A stretch of 64,000 nt of DNA, from assembly GCA_020536535.1 (NCBI GenBank), contig JAHLWZ010000844.1:16251-80250 (forward strand), in the 5' to 3' direction. Positions 56,285-64,000 of the stretch are shown here, one piece after another. A model generated the notes under the pieces. That model ran no database searches. It was not told the DNA's origin and was given only the letters and a program-made list of their open reading frames with translations. Made by a program: the position numbers and the translations under genes. Every line of letters starts with the position of its first letter. Positions within the stretch are counted from its first letter, which is position 1. This DNA comes from Pelomyxa schiedti. Taxonomy: Eukaryota > Protista > Evosea.

Positions 56285-59200
56285 ATGCTTGCCACAGCTT
56301 TGGCGTTGGTAGTTGTTTGCCTGGAGATCTCCACTGCTTTATCCCCAGGAGTTGGCGTAGTAACAGTGTTTTATTATTCAAGCTGGGACCCCGCATACAT
56401 CCACTACGACGATGGAAGTGGCTGGACTGTCGTTCCTGGCGTTACTATGGAGCCAAGCACTAATGAGACTTATCCTCAGTAATGCACACTTTGCCACTTG
56501 CCACCTGTTTTTTTTTTGTTTTGTTTTGTTTTTTTTCTTTTTCCTCTTACCTTCGTTTGCAGGCCTTTCTGGTGGGAGAAGAACTTACCAGCAAATAAAC
56601 TCACTTTCGTTTTCAACAACGGAGCTGGTACTTGGGACAACAATGGTGGAAACAACTACATCGTCTCGTCACCTGGAATGTGCGTACGATCAACGCCGCA
56701 CCTGCCAATTTAGTTATAACTAACACTCATCAAGTTACACTGTGCTAAACGGTGTTTTGACGACGGTTTCCGTCTATCCTGCCGGCTGCGCATCCAACTG
56801 CAACAACCATGGGACATGTTCTTCCTCATATACATGCACCTGTGATTCCGGTTGGTACGGTGAGTACTGCAGCTGTGGTGGATCGAGTCCATGCAATGGC
56901 CATGGGTCATGTGCCACAGGTTGGTTTTTCTTGGTTACGTTGTTTTCTTATCTTCTGTAAGATGGCAGTTGCGTCTGTACGTCTCCCTGGGGAACATGCA
57001 GTGACTCAGACATGTGTGACACCGATCTTTCCAGTGATACTTCGAATTGTGGTATGCCGATCTGAAATGCATGTCGATCTTTCCTTATCATTCCTCTCCT
57101 TTCAGGGGCCTGTGGAAAAGAGTGTGTTGTAAAACAGGGAATTGCTAATGCAACTTGCCAAGACTATGTTTGCACCCTTGCTTGTGAATCTGGATGTACA
57201 TTCCCCTTGGTTGATTTGTGTGCTTACTTGCGCCTTAAAAAGATCTTCTCTGTGATGATGGAGAAGATTGCCAATATGGGGATTCCTGCAGCCTTCCACC
57301 ACTTGATGGGTGTGAGATTTTTACTGACAATCAATGTGCTGGGGATGAAACTGAAACCGACACGTCCTATGCCAACCATATGTGGTTCACACCTCACCCT
57401 GGGGACGCCGATTACCGCAGCTCTTTCCAGGACTACTGGAGGTTTATCCCCATTCTTTATTCGAACTTCCGTTCACAGTATCCACAGAATGACAGCATAT
57501 CCTCGCGTTACATATAACGCGGCTAGAACTCAAGCAACTGTTCAGATAATCACAAATCACGTAGACTCTACTGTAACGTACACGTATTCTTTTGATGGAG
57601 TTATGCAATCTTCCAACACAAAAGTATACAGTACTCCAAATGGTAGGCCTATTCTCTTTTTCTTGTGTTTTAATGCTGTGAAGACCAGGGACCTGTTGCC
57701 GTTATAGTCTATGCCTCGGATGGTGCTAAACTCCATGTTCAGGATGTCGATTTTGTTTGGGATGCTCCCACTGTATGTTCATCCCTTATCCTTCAGGGAA
57801 TAACAGTGGCAGGTATCTCGGACAGATGGGGATTTCCGTGGTGGGCAAAAGGGGGCAATAGTGGAAATGTTCGGGTGGCCAGATGCAGAAATACAGGCTG
57901 AATGCGAAGCAATTGCTAAAATGGGTTGGGCTGGCATTAAAGTTTATCCTCATCAAGAACAGGTATTAATTAACTGTTGACCAAATATGCAACACTAATC
58001 TTCCTTAGATTATGAGCTTGCAGCCCTATGACAATGTAATGAATCCTTGGTATTTTATGTACCAACCAGTAAGCTATCGTTTTGAGGGACGTATGGGTAC
58101 CACAGAGGACCTCCGCAATATGGTATACAAGCAATAATGGTAGTGCACACATTTTGCACTCACCCTACCCCTCAGATATACACTTGTCGAAAATATGGCC
58201 TAAGGGTTTACGCAGATGCTGTTATCAACCACATGGTTGGCAGTGGAAATGATGCCAATCCAAATCATCGAAGCAATGACAATGGTTGCAACTATTTCCC
58301 CAATAAAAACTCCAGTGCTGCAGACGTTTCTCCATTTTACTCACAAGGTAGTAAATTCTCTCTTTGTTTAAAGCTAACTTAGAATTCCACAGGCTATTCC
58401 TATACATACAACACACACACGGATCAAAATCCTCTGCAGGTTCGAACTAACGGCTAAGGTGTACTTATGCGATATTAATTATGGCTACAGGAATTCCCTG
58501 CAGTTCCTTACGGGCCACTGGATTTCCACTGCGAAAGGCCTCTCAATTCTTGGACTGACCCACTTGAACTAAATGCAGGCTGGTTGGATGGATTGGTGGA
58601 TCTCAATACAGAACATGAATATGTACAACAGAGGATTGCTGATTTCTTGACCAGGCATCAAATTTTCATCTCTGTTGTTCTTTCTAACTTAATTAGTCTT
58701 TTGTCAATTGGTTTCTCTGGCTTCCGAGTTGATGCAGCCAAACATATTTCACCTGGTTTGTATGTTGGTGATTGTATGGGAGTAACATTAAAACAGATGA
58801 CCTGGTGGGAATATTCAGCAAATTGAAAGTTAATATGGGTGGCTCTCTTCCTTCTGATTTTGTAACATGGCTTGAAGTAAAGCGCTAGTTTTCTCCTCCA
58901 GACCAGTTGACTTTTTTACAAGATTATACTTGGTGGGGAGGCCAATATGCTCATGTGTAACGAATATTCCGGTTACAACTATGGTAAATACTTCGAAGAC
59001 GCTTTGTATGCCGCAGGTTTCACCTCGACTGAAGTGTTCCAAATAAAGATCTGGAACTCTGGGTATCCAATTTTGAGGCCTTTCCTGCGGTTAATTCTAG
59101 TAGCTATCCAAAAGAGCCGGAAGTGGATTGCAATGTAATCAGTCGAACACGCAATGCAGTTCAAAACGATGATGCTGATCAACAAAATCCTGATTCGACC

Positions 59201-59700
59201 AGCAGAGATATGGGAGACTAGTAAGTGAACAACCGACCTGATGCAAACTTGACTCTTTTTTTAAAGCGGTACCATTCTTATTTTGGCGAAGGACATTCCC
59301 AAGCACCGTGGTTTTGAGGAGCAATTGTTCTCTGCTCCTCGCGGTGCAAATGACAACGACAATGACTATCCCATCCGTTTGCTCCTTTCCTCTTACTACT
59401 GGTACAACAACAACGGATACGGCATTCCTGATGGGCAGTCACTGTGCACTTCTTGTCGGTACACTTGCTCTGGTTGTCAGGATACCCCCGCTTACACCGC
59501 TCACTCTGATAGCTCCTGCGGTTATGACACCCCTGACTACACAAGTAAAAGACAAAACAACTCAAACAACTCCTCACATGCTTCACACAGGGACACACCG
59601 TGACAAGTCTGTCATTCTGGCTATGAGAAAATGGATGCACATGTCAACGGACCTGTCTAACACAGACATGGGCCTCCCTTCCAACTGTGTTGCCTACTAA
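56285..59700 (+). CDS. Secreted modular GH13 alpha-amylase: signal, starch-binding CBM, EGF-like and Cys-rich repeats, catalytic domain
   Basis: CBM25/26-like AYIHY...WT.VPG.M...FVFNNGAGTWDNNGGNNY. EGF-like repeats CNNHGTC and CNGHGSC. GH13 motifs VEMFGW, WYFMYQPVSY, VYADAVINHM, GLVDLNTE, GFRVDAAKH and TWLE. Confidence 0.92.
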
Positions 59701-59771
59701 GTAATTTATTCACTGTTCCAAAAACTCAACAACACCAAAAATACACTGTGAAAAAAAAAATTCAAATTCTT

Positions 59772-62629
59772 TCAATTTCCCTCGTCACTGTCATAGTCTT
59801 CATCATCGTCGCCCATGGGTTGCATTCGGGGTTGATTCTTAGGAGGTTGTGCCTGTGGTTGTGAGGATAGAAGCATGGCCCGCGCAACAAAGCCGGAAGC
59901 AGAGGAATTACTGGGTGCAGTTTGTATTAGCTGAGGCGGGTAATGCTGAGGTGGCTCGGCACAGAGTGAGGATGGTGGTGGGAGAAGTGGAGGCAGCGGG
60001 AGCTGAGCGGGAGTGGGTGGCTTGGAGGGTGCAGTGGTTGGTGTTGTTTGGACCTGCAACAGTTGTGGTTGTGGCTGTGGCTGTGGCTGTGGCTGAGGCG
60101 GGGGGAGTGTTTGGGGTGCTATGCCCGGCTGTTGTTGGCTGATTGTGGGTGGTGGTAGTGGTGTGGGTGGAGGAGGGGGCTGGGTGGATGTGGCCTGGAG
60201 CGGCGGTGGTCCCTGTGCTTTGTGCGGTGCTGGTGTCAGTTGCGGTGACTGTTGTGCAACTAGCTGTGGTGACTGTTGTGGGGACGGTTGGGGAGAAATT
60301 GGAACCCGAATCGGTTGTGGGTGTATTGCCACTGGCTGGGCTATGGCGTGTTGTTGTTCAATGGGCCTCAAGGGAGGGGACGAAACAGCAGACAAAAGTG
60401 GTGTTTTCTTAGTGGTACTTGGAGGTGTTCCCTAGATCAGATTATTAGAGGCAGTAATATGATTGTGGTTACCTCAACTTCTTCTTCGCTTTGGGCATCC
60501 TCTAGCTGACATTGAGCATCCATAGCTATTTCTGGGCTGTGTTGTTTGCTACCAGAAGGTTTTTTGCTCTATACTTAATTACTCATGACTCCATTCCGAG
60601 GTAAAACTCACCTGCGCGTTGTAAGGTGTAACATCGAAAGCAATCCGTTCATAGGTCTCTAATTCATTTGCGCCAGGCATCTCCTGCATCAAATACACAA
60701 TTGACGGGTGGCTTAGACCAAACATCTCTGGTCCTGAAAAGCATAAATAGAAATTGAAACAGGTGACACATATACCACTTAGTTGTGTAAACATTCTTTT
60801 CCCAGTAAGCTTTTCTTTTACGTCGTTTACCCGCTTCCCGACCTCAGCCCAGGCACCAGAGGGAGTATTTGCTTCAATTGGTGCCGTTCCTATTAAGAGC
60901 AAAGTAATGCTAAAAGCAACATTCTCGTGAAGAATTACCTTCACACGTGACTCTGAAAATTGGCTCTTCTCCATTATCTAAAATTTCACTCACATACAGT
61001 GTTTTTGTAGAAAACTCTTTCATGCTTGGGTACCACCGGGTACTCTAAGGTAACATTAGGAGGAAACAAAAACTCATTTATCTTAAACGTACTTTGAATC
61101 CCACAGGATAGATATAGTGTTTACCATGATACTTTTTCCGTTTTGTTACAATCTGTCCTAAGCTTAGAACACTCAAACATCTTAAGGAGAGTTAATGATA
61201 TTTGACAGTAAGTACGACTACTTGAGAGTGATAGGGAAAACGATGTTTCCATTTGCATCTCTCGGAACATCGACAGCAGGTTTTGCTTGCTGTTTCCCAT
61301 TAGTGGGTGGTGGTTGTTTTTTACGTTTTCTTTTGGCGAAGTCTTCTACTGTTGGAACCTGAGACAAAAATTGATTTAAATCAATACATTTTGAGTACCT
61401 TGACGGAATCAAACGGAATGGAGAGTTTTGCAGCAACAGCAGTGCATCTGACCAATCTATTTTTGGCCACTTTTTTTTCTTCTTCACACAGCTCGTCGGA
61501 TACGGGGTCAAGTACAGAGAGACCATAACTTATAAAACGAGCATCCATTTTTATACCTGCCCTTTACAGTTAGCATTTGTTCCCCGGGCGACATATGAAG
61601 TCCACACCAGAGTCATTTGAAGCGAGAAAGCTCGCTTGCCTTGGGTCCTCCTGGTTGCATCATTAAAAGAGCGTAAATTTCATTAATTTCATTAGTGCCT
61701 GTTTTTGTTCTCCTTTTTTTAGATAAACAAAAAAAAAAAAAAAAATTACCTCCACAGCAGCCTTGTGAGTTTTCCTGCTCCTCTGCATGTACGGTAAAGT
61801 GTCATCTACACAAGTAGGGAAAAAGGTGATAGGATAGTTCCAACCGTCGCAGTGGAGCCACTAGCATAATCGCCCTTGCTAGGGCGCTTCCTCCCAGCGT
61901 ACGGCGTGCCACTGCCTCCTGTGGTACTCCCTGTTGATGATGATGTTGTTGTTGTTATTGCAGCTGCCGTTGCAGTTGCAGTTGCGCCGGTGCCGGTGCC
62001 GGTGCCGGTGCCGGTGCTGGCCGGAGCGCATGTGCCTAGTGCTCCACCCGACGACGAGACGAACTGCGCGGCGGTGGCTGAGGCGGCCGCTGCAACGGCA
62101 AGGGACGCGGCGGACGACCCAACGGCCGCCGCCCCCCCTCCGCCGCCGCCCGCGTCGCCAACCCCGTTGGCGTTGGCTCCCTGGTTGCTGCTGGTCCTGC
62201 GCGTCCTCGTCGGTTTGTTTTGCTGCTGTGCCGATGTTAGGTGCATGCCGCACAACACGCCCTTGTTTTTTTTCTTGGAAGCATGTACTTGTGCCGGTTG
62301 TTGCGGGGAACCGTTGGTGTGTAATGCTTGTTCCCATAATCAAGGGGCTGTGCAAGAGGCAGAGGCCGGTCTAAATGTGTTTCTGTGCTGAGCACCATCG
62401 AAGTTGGCTCGAAACTAACACAAGTGGATATAATAATGACCACGCAACTGGTGTGTTACATTTATATATGGCGGGATTATTGAAACAAACAGTACATAGA
62501 GGAAGGAGGAACAGTTTGTTAGTTCTTATTCCCCTTCCCACAGCTTCGACTACCAATCCCCCATCTCGGGGATGCGAGAGGGGGGGCGGTGGTGTGGGGG
62601 GGAGGGTACTCCTTCTCCTCCTGGTACAT
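59772..62629 (-). CDS. FYRN/FYRC (FY-rich) domain protein, TBRG1-like
   Basis: PRDANGNIVFPITL, VLSLGQIV, HYIYPVGFK|STRWYPSM, SEILDNGEEPIFRV, TPSGAWAEV and SGPEMFGLSHPSIVYLMQEMPGA. The 5' exons are approximate. Confidence 0.85.
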
Positions 62630-64000
62630 GATTCTCCAGCAAAACACCAAGGTTGGATGTATTATTTATTTGTACTGAATTGACCACTGGAAATATGTAC
62701 ATAGAACATAGACTAAATTTTGTCTTGAGAACAGAAGCCAAAACCCACTCTCCTCCCTTCCAAACAAACCCAGGAACAAGAAAAGAAAATGCTGACGGTA
62801 TGAAGAGGAAAGAACTGGAGCTCTTCTTCAAGAAGTTGCCGTTGTTTTTTCCGTTGTTAGTGATATATTAGTGCTTCTGGTGCTGCCACGTAGAGGCCCT
62901 TCTTAGGATATGACTACTGAGAGGCAAGTCATCATCGAACGAGTAATTCAATTAAGAGGGCTACTCTGCTGCTTGTTGACATGAATCTTCTTGACATGTT
63001 TGCTCCCTGTGAATTTACCCACAGTACTTTATCACAAGGAACTTCCGGAAGTCTCTTCAGCATCCCTCCCCTCTGGTAACTTGTCAAGTATGTACACTCA
63101 ACAGGTTTGGGTTGGTTCCTTTGACACCTTCATAGGAAGAATTCTATCGTCTTATACCGGAATCATTGAACCTTTCATTATTCCTGGTGACAGTGATGGC
63201 TTTTCCGGTGTGCCAATACATAGAAGAAGCCCGCTACAGAAAGGAAATGTCTCCTGTAAACGTGGAATGAATTAGTTCCTTGAGAACAGTGCGAATTAAA
63301 TTCTGCCTGAATGGATTCGAGGGAAAAGCAGAAGGCCAGACCACACTCTCGTTCATTCTTAGGGACTACAACCCAAACTGCTGTTCGATGGAAAATGGAG
63401 CAAGCTTCTGTCAACTACTACTGGAGAATAAATGTTCCAGGGAACCCATAATTATTGTTTGACCCCTCACCCATCCCCGGGTGTGATAATGGCTAGCCCT
63501 CCTCTTTCTCCATTCTCGTAAAACCACCATCAGAGTTAGAAACTCTTCAGTGGGTTTTCTTCAGATTGGGTCGAGCACCCACGTGTCGGCCTAACGGCTC
63601 TCGATCCACCTGAGGACCTCTGAGTGTAGCAGTCTGTACCTTTTTTTTTTTCCCTCTTTAATGCAACTGGCCCCAGTTGCAAAAATTTCGATTTTTTCCC
63701 GAGGATTTTGATTTAAAAGCGCAATTAAAAGAAAAAAAATATTAAAACATAATAAACCAAACAAATTAAGTTGGGCAACAAGTCAGGCAACACCAACAGC
63801 AACACAGGTTGGTTATGTGTTGCTTGTATTTCTTCTCTTTTTCAAGCATGTTTTTGTGGTTTGTTTTTGTTTTTTCCCGAGTGCCTGCTTATTGTTTGTT
63901 TACAATTTTGCATTGTGAAGGTACAAAGCCTCCGGCCTGATGTACTGCCTGCACAGTAAAAGACGAGTACTTGTTTTTCAACACACTATACTCGAAAAGA

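Overview
This is gene-dense eukaryotic nuclear DNA, not a prokaryotic window. About 22 protein-coding genes are split by many short (~40-130 nt) spliceosomal introns, so the ORF track only shows exon fragments. I spliced the gene models below by eye, and internal boundaries are approximate. Short dense introns, Entamoeba-type TKL kinases, a -SKL enzyme and bacterial-like genes suggest an amoebozoan protist, possibly an archamoeba such as Pelomyxa (inference only). Genes in order: Zn-alcohol dehydrogenase with PTS1; Hsp20; a GC-rich bacterial-like PHP metallohydrolase; lectin-ankyrin-kinase copy A; a DDM1/HELLS-like remodeler with an inserted HMG box; a weak hypothetical gene; a predicted acylated PD-(D/E)XK nuclease-like protein; a TOM1-like membrane protein; a Pho80-type cyclin; a secreted glycosyltransferase-like protein; kinase copies B and C; a membrane-anchored DUF1868-like 2H phosphoesterase; a hypothetical gene; an SDR; a polyQ zinc-knuckle protein; a giant HPS5-like protein; PP2C; a triple RA-like domain protein; a modular GH13 alpha-amylase; and a FYRN/FYRC protein. 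The most striking candidate system is a three-member family of apparently cytosolic kinases. Their architecture is variable low-complexity N-terminus, H-type-lectin-like domain, ankyrins, second H-type-lectin-like domain, Ig-like module, TKL kinase. The three copies show mosaic, patchwork similarity. I saw no rRNA, tRNA, CRISPR array or transposon.
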